From: Clostridia bacterium
GTDB lineage: Bacteria; Bacillota; Clostridia; Christensenellales; UBA1242
Length of the DNA: 64,000 nt
Assembly: GCA_017399265.1 (NCBI GenBank)
Contig: JAFQDL010000006.1
Span: 4,666 to 68,665, forward strand
Direction: 5' to 3'
Within the stretch, counting starts at the first letter, position 1; each line of letters opens with the position of its first letter. Of the stretch, positions 29,221 to 37,587 are shown piece after piece. The notes under the pieces are model-generated. The model saw nothing but the letters and a program-made list of their open reading frames with translations. It was not told the origin of the DNA and made no database searches. Made by a program: the position numbers and the translations under genes.

Positions 29221-31311
29221 ATGACAGATTTTAGAGAATTTGAAACAGAAATTGGTGGAAAGAAAGTCACTATTGAAGTTGGTAAATATGCATTCCAAAC
29301 AAATGGTCATTGTATTGTTAAATGTGGCGATACTATGGTTATGTGCAATGTATGCATGAATAAAGAACCAAGACCTGGTCAAGACTTTTTCCCTCTTAGT
29401 GTGGATTTTGAAGAAAAACTTTATGCGGTAGGTAAGATCCCTGGTGGATTTAAGAAGAGAGAAGGTAGACCAACAGACCAAGCGATTTTGGTTAGCCGTC
29501 TTATTGATAGACCTCTTAGACCATTATTCCCAAAAGGCTTTTTCAACGATGTAACAGTTGTTGCTACTCCAATCAGTATTGATTATAATATTGCTCCAGA
29601 GCCTCTTGCTATGTTTGCAAGCTCTGTTGCACTTACTATCAGTGATATTCCTTTCGCTGGTCCTACTGGTAGTGTAGAAGTAGGTTTGGTTGATGGCAAA
29701 TATATCATTAATCCAACAACTGCTGAGAAAGATGCTAGTTTGATTGATTTAAAAGTTGCTGGTACTAAAGATGCAATTCTTATGGTAGAAGCAGGTGCTA
29801 AAGAAGTATCAGAAGAAGTAATGCTAAAAGGTATCTTATTTGCTCATGAAGAGATTAAGAAACAAGTTGCATTCCAAGAAAAATTAGCAGAAGAACTTGG
29901 CGTTAAAAAGGCTGAAAATCTACCATACTACGTAATTGATGAGAAGTTAGCTAATGAAGTTAAAGAGTTCGGTTATCCATTGATGGAAAAGGTTATGGAA
30001 CACTTTGATAGACACGAAAGAGAAAGAGCAGAAGAGAAAGTTAACGAAGAAGTACTAGCTCATTTTGCTGAAATATATCCAGAAAGCGAAAGAGAGATCT
30101 TAGATACTTTGTACAAAGTAAAGAAAGAAATCATGCGTTCTAAGATTCTTAACGAAGGTGTAAGACCTGATGGAAGAAAATTAGAAGAAATAAGACCTAT
30201 ATGGTGTGAAGTAGGAATGCTACCTAGAGTTCATGGTTCTGCTGTATTTACAAGAGGTGAAACTCAAGCAATGACTACTTGTACATTAGGTTCTCTTCGT
30301 GATATGCAAATTCTAGATGGTATTGATGAAGAAGAGGGCAAGAGATACATGCATCACTACAACATGCCAGCATATTCTACAGGTGAGGCTAGACCATTAA
30401 AGTCTGCTGGTAGACGTGAAATTGGTCACGGAGCATTGGCTGAACGTGCATTACTTCCAGTTCTTCCAAGTGAAGAAGAATTCCCATATGCTATTAGAAC
30501 AGTTAGTGATATTTTAAGTTCTAATGGCTCAACTAGCCAAGCAAGTGTATGTGGTAGCACATTGGCACTTATGGACGCGGGTGTTCCTATTTCTGCTCCA
30601 GTTGCTGGTGTTGCTATGGGACTTATTAAAGATACAGAATCTGACAAAGTTGCAATACTAACTGATATCCAAGGTCTAGAAGATTTCTTAGGAGATATGG
30701 ACTTTAAAGTTGCAGGAACTGAAAAAGGTATTACAGCAATTCAAATGGATATTAAGATCAAAGGTATTGATGAAAAGATATTGACAGAAGCCTTAGAGAG
30801 AGCAAGAGTTGGTAGACTATATATCTTAAAGAAAATGACTGATGTTCTTGCTGAACCTCGTAAAGAACTTAGTCCATATGCACCAAAGATTATTTCATTT
30901 ACAATCGATCCTGATAAGATTAAAGATGTTATCGGAAGCGGTGGTAAAATGATTAATAAGATTATTGACGAAACTGGTGTTAAGATAGATATTTCTGACG
31001 AAGGTGTAGTAAATATTCTTGGTGTAGATCCAGAAATGAGTCAAAAAGCAAAGGATATAATCTTAAGCATAGTAGAAGATATCGAAGTTGGCAAGTCTTA
31101 TACTGGGACAGTAGAGAGAATTATGCAATTCGGTGCTTTTGTAAACTTAGGTTATGGTAAAGAAGGTATGATCCATATTTCAAAACTATCATCTAAGAGA
31201 GTGGAGAAAGTGGAAGATGTTGTTAAAGTTGGCGATAAGGTAGAAGTATCTGTTATAAAAATAGATAAAGGCAAAGTGGACTTAAAACTTCTTGGCGTAT
31301 TTGCTGATTAA
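29221..31311 (+). CDS. pnp: Polyribonucleotide nucleotidyltransferase (PNPase)
   Basis: Two RNase PH domains are present, with the FxxGxxQA-type motif (FTRGETQA), plus a KH domain (GSGGKMINKI) and an S1 domain (GTVERIMQFGAFVNL). Confidence 0.97.
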   Translation: MTDFREFETEIGGKKVTIEVGKYAFQTNGHCIVKCGDTMVMCNVCMNKEPRPGQDFFPLSVDFEEKLYAVGKIPGGFKKREGRPTDQAILVSRLIDRPLRPLFPKGFFNDVTVVATPISIDYNIAPEPLAMFASSVALTISDIPFAGPTGSVEVGLVDGKYIINPTTAEKDASLIDLKVAGTKDAILMVEAGAKEVSEEVMLKGILFAHEEIKKQVAFQEKLAEELGVKKAENLPYYVIDEKLANEVKEFGYPLMEKVMEHFDRHERERAEEKVNEEVLAHFAEIYPESEREILDTLYKVKKEIMRSKILNEGVRPDGRKLEEIRPIWCEVGMLPRVHGSAVFTRGETQAMTTCTLGSLRDMQILDGIDEEEGKRYMHHYNMPAYSTGEARPLKSAGRREIGHGALAERALLPVLPSEEEFPYAIRTVSDILSSNGSTSQASVCGSTLALMDAGVPISAPVAGVAMGLIKDTESDKVAILTDIQGLEDFLGDMDFKVAGTEKGITAIQMDIKIKGIDEKILTEALERARVGRLYILKKMTDVLAEPRKELSPYAPKIISFTIDPDKIKDVIGSGGKMINKIIDETGVKIDISDEGVVNILGVDPEMSQKAKDIILSIVEDIEVGKSYTGTVERIMQFGAFVNLGYGKEGMIHISKLSSKRVEKVEDVVKVGDKVEVSVIKIDKGKVDLKLLGVFAD

Positions 31312-31328
31312 TTTAATAAAATATAATT

Positions 31329-31368
31329 AAAAACTTTATGATTGATAGCGGTCATAAAGTTTTTTTTA
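31329..31368 (+). terminator. Rho-independent terminator after pnp
   Basis: An 11-bp stem (aaactttatga/tcataaagttt) is followed by a T-run. Confidence 0.8.
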
Positions 31369-31422
31369 CTTTATCTATATATTTCTATATATAATATTAG
31401 TATTTTTCAAAAAATTGGGTAT

Positions 31423-31451
31423 TGATTTTTGTATACTTGGTGTGTTATAAT
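31423..31451 (+). promoter_or_regulatory. Sigma-A-type promoter of the five-gene paralog array
   Basis: The element reads TTGATT-N17-TATAAT with a TGt extension. Confidence 0.6.
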
Positions 31452-31482
31452 AATTTTACGAAAAAATTATGGGAGAATTATT

Positions 31483-31995
31483 ATGAGTAACGAAATAAAA
31501 AAAGAAACATGGTTTGATACTTTTGATCCAGAAGTAGCCTTTTATATTATGAAGGAAAAATTTCCAAGCCAAATAGGAAAGTATGCTTATCCAAGATTTA
31601 CTAAAGGCAATAACAAGAAAGGTCATGAAATTATATTGATGGATACTTTCAATAATCATTCGCCTAATTGGTATTTTAATCAATTTGGATATTTAGGTTG
31701 GAATCATTTATTTGCCGATGAGAAAGCCGTTATTGGCGACGATTTGGATCGTACTGGCGCTTGGTTTGAAGTAATGAGCACTTTAAATAAAGATAGAAAG
31801 ATTGATGGGAAAAGTTACGTCGAAGCATTTACTGAATATCACTTACAAAATATAAAATCCAAATTTGATAATGATCAACATAAAAGTCAGTATATAATGG
31901 AACTTGCTAACAGAGAAAAAGATAGAGCTTTAAAAGCATTGGAGTCAACTACTTCTATATCTTTAGAGAATACAGATGTGGAGATGGGAGAGTAG
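31483..31995 (+). CDS. Paralog array protein 1 (170 aa), uncharacterised family
   Basis: I prefer the start MSNEIKKETWFD, after SD gggaga. It shares ETWF, WFEVM..NKDRKIDGKSYVEAFTEYH and a C-terminal VEMGE with the following genes. Confidence 0.7.
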   Translation: MSNEIKKETWFDTFDPEVAFYIMKEKFPSQIGKYAYPRFTKGNNKKGHEIILMDTFNNHSPNWYFNQFGYLGWNHLFADEKAVIGDDLDRTGAWFEVMSTLNKDRKIDGKSYVEAFTEYHLQNIKSKFDNDQHKSQYIMELANREKDRALKALESTTSISLENTDVEMGE

Positions 31996-32001
31996 TAGAT
32001 T

Positions 32002-32520
32002 ATGTACAAAGATACTTGGTTTGAAAATTTAGATGAAAATATGCTTAGTGATAAGTTGGCAGAAAAAGAATTGCGTTATGTAGGATTAAGTGCTGCTTGG
32101 ACTTTTGGTGATGATGGTAGAATTGTTATATCTGTTGCAGTAAGACCTCCAGTAGGTTCAAGTGAAAATGATATGGGATTAGGTGAAGATACATTATATT
32201 TTAATGAGTATGGAGTAGTAGATCTTACTAAATCTGGTTATGGTCCAGCAAAATTAAAAGATGAAAAACATCTTACAGAAATGTGGTTAGGTGTGATGAG
32301 AGATTCTAATAAAGATATAAGAATTAACGGACATGCTTATATGGAAGATTTCGTTAAATATCACAAGAGTAATATTATGGCATCTTATAATAAAAAAGTT
32401 AAAGAGTTAGATGATTATAGAGCGATTGTAGAAAGAGTGAAAGATAATAATATACAAGCATTATTTGATATGACTGGGTTGGATCTTTCTCAAGACCATC
32501 AAGAAGAGATGGGGGAATAG
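32002..32520 (+). CDS. Paralog array protein 2 (172 aa)
   Basis: Shared blocks: KDTWFENLD, FNEYGVV, TEMWLGVMRDSNKDIRINGHAYMEDFVKYH, and the tail HQEEMGE. The gap to gene 1 is 6 nt. Confidence 0.75.
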   Translation: MYKDTWFENLDENMLSDKLAEKELRYVGLSAAWTFGDDGRIVISVAVRPPVGSSENDMGLGEDTLYFNEYGVVDLTKSGYGPAKLKDEKHLTEMWLGVMRDSNKDIRINGHAYMEDFVKYHKSNIMASYNKKVKELDDYRAIVERVKDNNIQALFDMTGLDLSQDHQEEMGE

Positions 32521-32523
32521 ATA

Positions 32524-33045
32524 ATGAGTTATAAAGATACATGGTTCGAAAATCTTGACAAGGATTTATTAAGCGAAAGATTAGCAGAAAAAGGAAGGGT
32601 ATTTGTTAAAACTGTTAGCGGTTGGACTCTAAGTGAAGATGGTAAGCCAGTAATTGAGATTATTACAAAAAGAAGTGTTGGCACTAGTGAGAATGCTATA
32701 GGAATGGGAGAAGATATAATTTCATTTAACGAATATGGAGTTGTTGAGTGGAGCAAAACTGGCTATACTACCGCTAGATTAAAAGATACTGATAAATTCA
32801 CAGAAATGTGGTTAAAAGTCATGAGAGAGTCTAACAAAGATGTAACAATCAATGGTCATACATATATGGAGGATTTTATATCTTATCATAAGGCAAATAT
32901 TGATTATAGATATAATAAGAGAATACATGAATTAGAATTCTATATGAGTTTGACAGAAGGGCAAAAAGAAAAAGGTTATGAGGTCTTGTCTAAAATGGTT
33001 GGACAAGATATAACCAACACTCATCAAGAGGAAATGGGAGAATAA
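32524..33045 (+). CDS. Paralog array protein 3 (173 aa)
   Basis: This is the closest paralog of protein 2 (KDTWFENLD, FNEYGVV, TEMWLKVMRESNKDVTINGHTYMEDFISYH, HQEEMGE). The gap to gene 2 is 3 nt. Confidence 0.75.
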   Translation: MSYKDTWFENLDKDLLSERLAEKGRVFVKTVSGWTLSEDGKPVIEIITKRSVGTSENAIGMGEDIISFNEYGVVEWSKTGYTTARLKDTDKFTEMWLKVMRESNKDVTINGHTYMEDFISYHKANIDYRYNKRIHELEFYMSLTEGQKEKGYEVLSKMVGQDITNTHQEEMGE

Positions 33046-33047
33046 TA

Positions 33048-33443
33048 ATGAGTAAATGGGATTGTTATGATGATAATGTCATATGTGCAATAAGTGCAGT
33101 ATTAGAAGATTTAGGTGAAAAAGTACTTACGTATAAGCAAGGTTTGGTGATTATAAAAGACGAAAACAATCCTGACAACTGTTCTTTTCAGTCAGTTTTA
33201 TCCATTACGACTAGAGTTGATATAGATAGTAGGGCGCATAGTATTAATGTTAGACGATTTAATGCGTATGGGTTTATGGACTGGGACGAAAACAAACAAT
33301 TAAGAAATATTTATGGTCACCCATTGACAGATAAATGGTATAATATTATGCGGCATTTTAATAGTGATAAAAAAGTAGATGGAAGATCTTACGAAGAGGC
33401 TTTTGCAGACTATTACAAAAGAGAACGAGAAAACGAAATGTAA
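33048..33443 (+). CDS. Paralog array protein 4 (131 aa), divergent and truncated member
   Basis: It retains FNAYGFMDW and KWYNIMRHFNSDKKVDGRSYEEAFADYY. It lacks the ETWF block and the long C-terminal tail. The gap to gene 3 is 2 nt. Confidence 0.65.
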   Translation: MSKWDCYDDNVICAISAVLEDLGEKVLTYKQGLVIIKDENNPDNCSFQSVLSITTRVDIDSRAHSINVRRFNAYGFMDWDENKQLRNIYGHPLTDKWYNIMRHFNSDKKVDGRSYEEAFADYYKRERENEM

Positions 33444-33453
33444 GGAGAAAAAT

Positions 33454-33996
33454 ATGAATAACGAACAAAAGAGAGAAACTTGGTTTGATAGGGTAGATCT
33501 AAGAGATATAAGAAGTAAATTTTTAGGACTAAAGATGTTAAGTAATTTTCCGCTAGAAGTATTATTAGAAAAAACAGATGTTGATGGAAATCCTGTTCGT
33601 GTTTTTAGTGTTGGGAATAAATCTAACAAACTATTGGTTGCATTTAATGAATTTACGTATACATATTTTGGAGTGGTAGATAAGGATAAGAGACCTGGTC
33701 TTTATCCAATGGGATATATACCAACTGATTTGACAGATAATAGAACTAAAACTTGGTTTGAATTGGTGAGTAATGCAAATAAAGGTAGAACTATTGACGG
33801 TAAAACTTACGAAGAGGCTTTTATTAGTTATCACCAAGAAAAACTTAATGAAAAGTATGATTCAAAGATTGAGAATTTAAAACAACAACAAGATGTTTTG
33901 CAACATATGAGAGATAAAGAAGTTTCTGAGATTTACGATTTTGTTGGAATTGATCAAAAGAGCATCAAAGATTCTGAACCGGAGATGGCGGAATAA
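33454..33996 (+). CDS. Paralog array protein 5 (180 aa)
   Basis: I prefer the start MNNEQKRETWFD after SD aaggag, because the track ORF 33379 overlaps gene 4. Shared blocks: TWFELVSNANKGRTIDGKTYEEAFISYH and the tail PEMAE. Confidence 0.7.
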   Translation: MNNEQKRETWFDRVDLRDIRSKFLGLKMLSNFPLEVLLEKTDVDGNPVRVFSVGNKSNKLLVAFNEFTYTYFGVVDKDKRPGLYPMGYIPTDLTDNRTKTWFELVSNANKGRTIDGKTYEEAFISYHQEKLNEKYDSKIENLKQQQDVLQHMRDKEVSEIYDFVGIDQKSIKDSEPEMAE

Positions 33997-34114
33997 ATAT
34001 GTTAAAAAAGTGGACTAGTTCTGCTTTTTTTATTTAATAATGTATTTTCAAATATTATAGTTTTTGTAAATTTTGTGTTATACTACAGATATATTATAGG
34101 AGAGTTTCTGAGAA

Positions 34115-34537
34115 ATGAGAAAGTCAATGTGTTTAGTTTTGTTGTTGTGTATATGTTTTCCTTGCATGTTCTTTGTAGGATGTGGGGGAGATAGTGGTAC
34201 TCCAATAGGTATATATTATGTTTCAAAGGTAGTCGATACCAAGAATGAAACGATTATTAACAGAGAAGATTTTGAATTAATTGGCGAGGAATATGTAACT
34301 TTAATAGATGCAATTATTTACATAAATGAAGATGGTACTTACAAAAAAGCACTTGTGAATGAGAATAGCGTGTCGTATCTTATTGATGGCACTTGGACTC
34401 AGTCCGGCAAAACATTGACTCTTATCAAGCCAACAATAACTGAAGAGGAAGATGCAGAAAAAGAAACAGCTACTTTTCAAAATAATTCTTTAATATTTAC
34501 AGAAGAAAATATACAGATTGTATTTGCTAAATTATAA
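34115..34537 (+). CDS. Small lipoprotein (140 aa), unknown function
   Basis: The signal peptide carries a lipobox (FFVGCGGD). Confidence 0.6.
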   Translation: MRKSMCLVLLLCICFPCMFFVGCGGDSGTPIGIYYVSKVVDTKNETIINREDFELIGEEYVTLIDAIIYINEDGTYKKALVNENSVSYLIDGTWTQSGKTLTLIKPTITEEEDAEKETATFQNNSLIFTEENIQIVFAKL

Positions 34538-34582
34538 AAAAAGATGACTAAGCAAAAAAACTTAGTCATCTTGAATTTTTTT
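34536..34582. terminator. Bidirectional terminator shared by the lipoprotein gene and the SRP RNA
   Basis: A 12-bp stem (aagatgactaag/cttagtcatctt) is flanked by A6 and T7 runs. Confidence 0.8.
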
Positions 34583-34587
34583 AAAAA

Positions 34588-34859
34588 ACCGTGCAATTAG
34601 CCTCGAGACTGCCGTGCATAGCCATTATTAATTCTATGCTCAACTAAAGCTTCCTTATGGCACATAGGCAAATCCACTTAATGATGCTTCCTTCCGGACC
34701 TGACATGGTTCATGGCAGTCTATTGCATAAGACCTTAATATCAACACATAGCAAAAATAATTAAACTAGGCACTCAAACGCCCCTCATGCTAACATTCAG
34801 TCCTGCGTATAGTTGGTTTCAGGTAACAGGGCACAACTAACTCCCCACCTAGCACGGTA
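34588..34859 (-). ncRNA. ffs: Signal recognition particle RNA, long Bacillus/Clostridium type with Alu domain (about 270 nt)
   Basis: The minus strand contains the invariant domain IV motif GTCAGGTCCGGAAGGAAGC (rc of 34686-34704). The 5' CCGTGCTAGGTGGGGAGTTAGTTGTGCCCTGTTACCTGAAACC closely parallels the B. subtilis scRNA 5' end. The 3' end GCACGG pairs with the 5' CCGTGC. The region is GC-richer than its surroundings and has no ORF. Confidence 0.9.
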
Positions 34860-34864
34860 TAGGT

Positions 34865-34893
34865 ATTGTATCAAAAAAAATAGGTTTTTGCAA
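34865..34893 (-). promoter_or_regulatory. Sigma-A promoter of the SRP RNA
   Basis: On the minus strand the element reads TTGCAA-N17-TACAAT, placing the transcription start about 7 nt upstream of the CCGTGC 5' stem. Confidence 0.6.
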
Positions 34894-34922
34894 CTATTAT
34901 TTTCTTAAAATTATCAAATAAG

Positions 34923-34951
34923 TTGTAAAATTAATATATATTTGATATACT
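34923..34951 (+). promoter_or_regulatory. Putative sigma-A promoter for the HEPN-CBS/asnS unit
   Basis: The element reads TTGTAA-N17-TATACT with TGa upstream of the -10 box. Confidence 0.5.
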
Positions 34952-34964
34952 TATGTATTATTAG

Positions 34965-35708
34965 GTGAGTGAAGGAGAATTTAATTTGGAAAGTAGAGCA
35001 AAAAGATTTATTAATTGCTATAATCAAATAGATCAAGCCCTAAGAATGCAAGGAGATATTAGCAAATCTATTAGTTATACAGAAGTTATAAGAAAAGCAT
35101 CTAGAACTAACGCAATTGTAAAAAAATATGAAGATGCGCTTATTGATTATGGAAGGCTTAGGAATGCTATTGTGCATTCGGCAGATAATACGCAAGTCAT
35201 TGCGGAGCCAAATCAAGATGTTGTTGATGAATTTGAGAAGATTTGTTCATTGATTTGTACACCGCCTTTGGCTGTGGATACTATTTGTAATAAGAATTTC
35301 GCTAGTTTGCAAAGTTCTGAAATATTGAAAGATGTAGTAGAGTATATTTACCAAAGTGGTTATAGTAGTATTCCTATTTATAGAGATTCGATGCTTATTG
35401 GTGTTGCTAATGCGACTAAGATTACAAGGCTTTTGGGAAAGAAAATTTATCAAAAAGTGGATATTAATAAGTATTTAGAAGAAACCACTATGGAAGTAGC
35501 TTTAAAAGAATTGATAGAGGATAACTATTATACAATTGCTAATGAGAAGACTACTTTGGATAAAATCATGCAACTATTTGCTGAGAATAGAAAATTATTA
35601 TTAATAGTGATTACAAAGAATGGAACACTGCTAGAAAAACCTATAGGTATTGTTACGGCAGGTGATATAATGGAAATAAACAAAATACTAGACAATTATA
35701 TTAAATAG
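34965..35708 (+). CDS. HEPN-like (Rx4H) N-terminal domain fused to a CBS-pair domain
   Basis: The N-terminal helical region of about 95 aa ends in YGRLRNAIVHS (the R-x4-H HEPN signature). The C-terminal 140 aa or so show two CBS repeats (SIPIYRDSMLIGVANATKI; LLIVITKNGTLLEKPIGIVTAGDI). The start is either GTG 34965 or TTG 34986, which follows aaggag. Confidence 0.6.
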   Translation: MSEGEFNLESRAKRFINCYNQIDQALRMQGDISKSISYTEVIRKASRTNAIVKKYEDALIDYGRLRNAIVHSADNTQVIAEPNQDVVDEFEKICSLICTPPLAVDTICNKNFASLQSSEILKDVVEYIYQSGYSSIPIYRDSMLIGVANATKITRLLGKKIYQKVDINKYLEETTMEVALKELIEDNYYTIANEKTTLDKIMQLFAENRKLLLIVITKNGTLLEKPIGIVTAGDIMEINKILDNYIK

Positions 35709-35718
35709 AGGACAGTTT

Positions 35719-37104
35719 ATGGAAAAATTAGATATTAGTGTATTGCATAGCGATTATGCAAAATTAGATGGACAAGAAGTCACAGTTGGTGGCTGGGTTA
35801 GAAGTACTAGAGATATTAAATCTTTTGGGTTTATTGACCTTAACGATGGTACAGCTTTTAAGGGCGCACAAATATTTTGTGATGCTGATATGAAAGATTA
35901 TGCAGAAGTAATGAAATTAAATGCAGGTTCTTCAATGATCTGTACAGGTAAGGTGGTTCTTACTCCAGAGAACAAACAACCATACGAAATTCATGCTACT
36001 AACGTTACAATATTAAATGCTACTGATGATACTTATCCAATACAAAAGAAAAGACATAGTGCAGAGTTTTTGAGAGAATATGCTTATCTTAGAGGAAGAA
36101 CAAATATATTCAATGCTGTATTTAGAGTAAGAAATAAATGTGCTTATGCTATTCACAAATTCTTCCAAGAAGAAAACTTTATGTATATGCATACTCCAAT
36201 TATTACAAGTGCAGACTGTGAGGGTGGATCAGATGTTTTTAGAGTAACAACCCATAAATTCTATGATCCTAAATATATGGAAAAAGCAACTCCAGAAGGG
36301 GATTTCTTTGGTAAAAATGTATTCTTAACTCCGACTGGACAACTTGAGGCTGAAGCTTTTGCTTTAACATTTAGCAAAGTATATACTTTCGGTCCTACTT
36401 TTAGATCTGAGAATAGTAATACTACTCGTCATGCAAGTGAGTTCTGGATGATTGAACCAGAAATGGCATTCTGTGACTTACAAGGTGATATGGACGTAAT
36501 GGAAAGAATGATAAAATACATTATCAACTATGTGTTTGAAACTTGTAAAGCAGAGCTAGAGTTCCTTGATCAATTTGTAGAGAAAGGCTTGATAGATAAA
36601 TTAAGAAATGTTGTAGATAACGAATTTGCTCATATTACTTATACAGAAGCTATGGAAATCTTGAAGAAGAATAATGATAAGTTTGAATTCAAAGTAGAAT
36701 GGGGTTGTGACCTACAAAGTGAACACGAAAGATATCTATCTGAGCAAGTATTCAAAAAGCCAGTATTCGTAACAGATTATCCAAAAGATATTAAAGCATT
36801 CTACATGAGATTGAATGAAGATGGTAAAACTGTTGCTGCATGCGACTTGCTTGCGCCTGGTATTGGAGAAATAATTGGTGGAAGTCAAAGAGAAGAAAGA
36901 TATGATGTCCTTCTACAAAAGATAAAAGACTTTAATCTAAAACCAGAAGATTATGAATGGTACTTGAATTTAAGAAAATATGGAAGTGTTGTTCATAGTG
37001 GATACGGCTTAGGATTTGATAGGATATTGATGTATGTTACAGGTGTTAGCAATATTAGAGATGTCCAACCATGTCCAAGAACACCTAAAAACTGCAATTT
37101 CTAA
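35719..37104 (+). CDS. asnS: Asparagine--tRNA ligase
   Basis: An OB anticodon domain is followed by a class II core (FRSENSNTTRHASEFWMIEPEMAF, GGSQRE, GLGFDR). The length of 461 aa is typical. Confidence 0.95.
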   Translation: MEKLDISVLHSDYAKLDGQEVTVGGWVRSTRDIKSFGFIDLNDGTAFKGAQIFCDADMKDYAEVMKLNAGSSMICTGKVVLTPENKQPYEIHATNVTILNATDDTYPIQKKRHSAEFLREYAYLRGRTNIFNAVFRVRNKCAYAIHKFFQEENFMYMHTPIITSADCEGGSDVFRVTTHKFYDPKYMEKATPEGDFFGKNVFLTPTGQLEAEAFALTFSKVYTFGPTFRSENSNTTRHASEFWMIEPEMAFCDLQGDMDVMERMIKYIINYVFETCKAELEFLDQFVEKGLIDKLRNVVDNEFAHITYTEAMEILKKNNDKFEFKVEWGCDLQSEHERYLSEQVFKKPVFVTDYPKDIKAFYMRLNEDGKTVAACDLLAPGIGEIIGGSQREERYDVLLQKIKDFNLKPEDYEWYLNLRKYGSVVHSGYGLGFDRILMYVTGVSNIRDVQPCPRTPKNCNF

Positions 37105-37249
37105 TTAATTTAAAGTAAAAGTTTGAAGAATTTTATAAAACTTTACAAAAAAAAATAAAATTTTTCAAAACTTGTTGCAATTAGTATAAATATTTGATAT
37201 AATAAATCGCATTTTAAATAAAATAAGACCTATGGGGGTGGAACACATA

Positions 37250-37441
37250 ATGGCAAAAGAATGTTATATTTGCGGAAAGTCTAAGGTGGCAGGAAATCAA
37301 GTAAGCCACTCACATATTGCCACAAAGAGAACTTGGGAAGCTAATCTTCAAAAGAAAGATGTTGAAATCGATGGCAAGTTAACTAAGAAATACATCTGCA
37401 CAAGATGTTTAAAGACTTTAAAGAAAAACGAAAATAATTAA
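37250..37441 (+). CDS. rpmB: 50S ribosomal protein L28
   Basis: The sequence MAKECYICGKSKVAGNQVSHSHIATKRTW is canonical L28. I prefer the start at MAKE. Confidence 0.9.
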   Translation: MAKECYICGKSKVAGNQVSHSHIATKRTWEANLQKKDVEIDGKLTKKYICTRCLKTLKKNENN

Positions 37442-37445
37442 TAAA

Positions 37446-37476
37446 ATTACTACAAGGCGACTTGTAGTTTTTTTTA
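37446..37476 (+). terminator. Rho-independent terminator after rpmB
   Basis: The stem actacaag/cttgtagt is followed by a T8 run. Confidence 0.75.
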
Positions 37477-37587
37477 TTTTTATTAATATAATTATTATGT
37501 AATTGATTTTAAACAAAAAAATATTTAAGTATTAAATATTTAATGCACCAAAAGACAATATAATTATTTGATTAAATTTTTAAAAAA

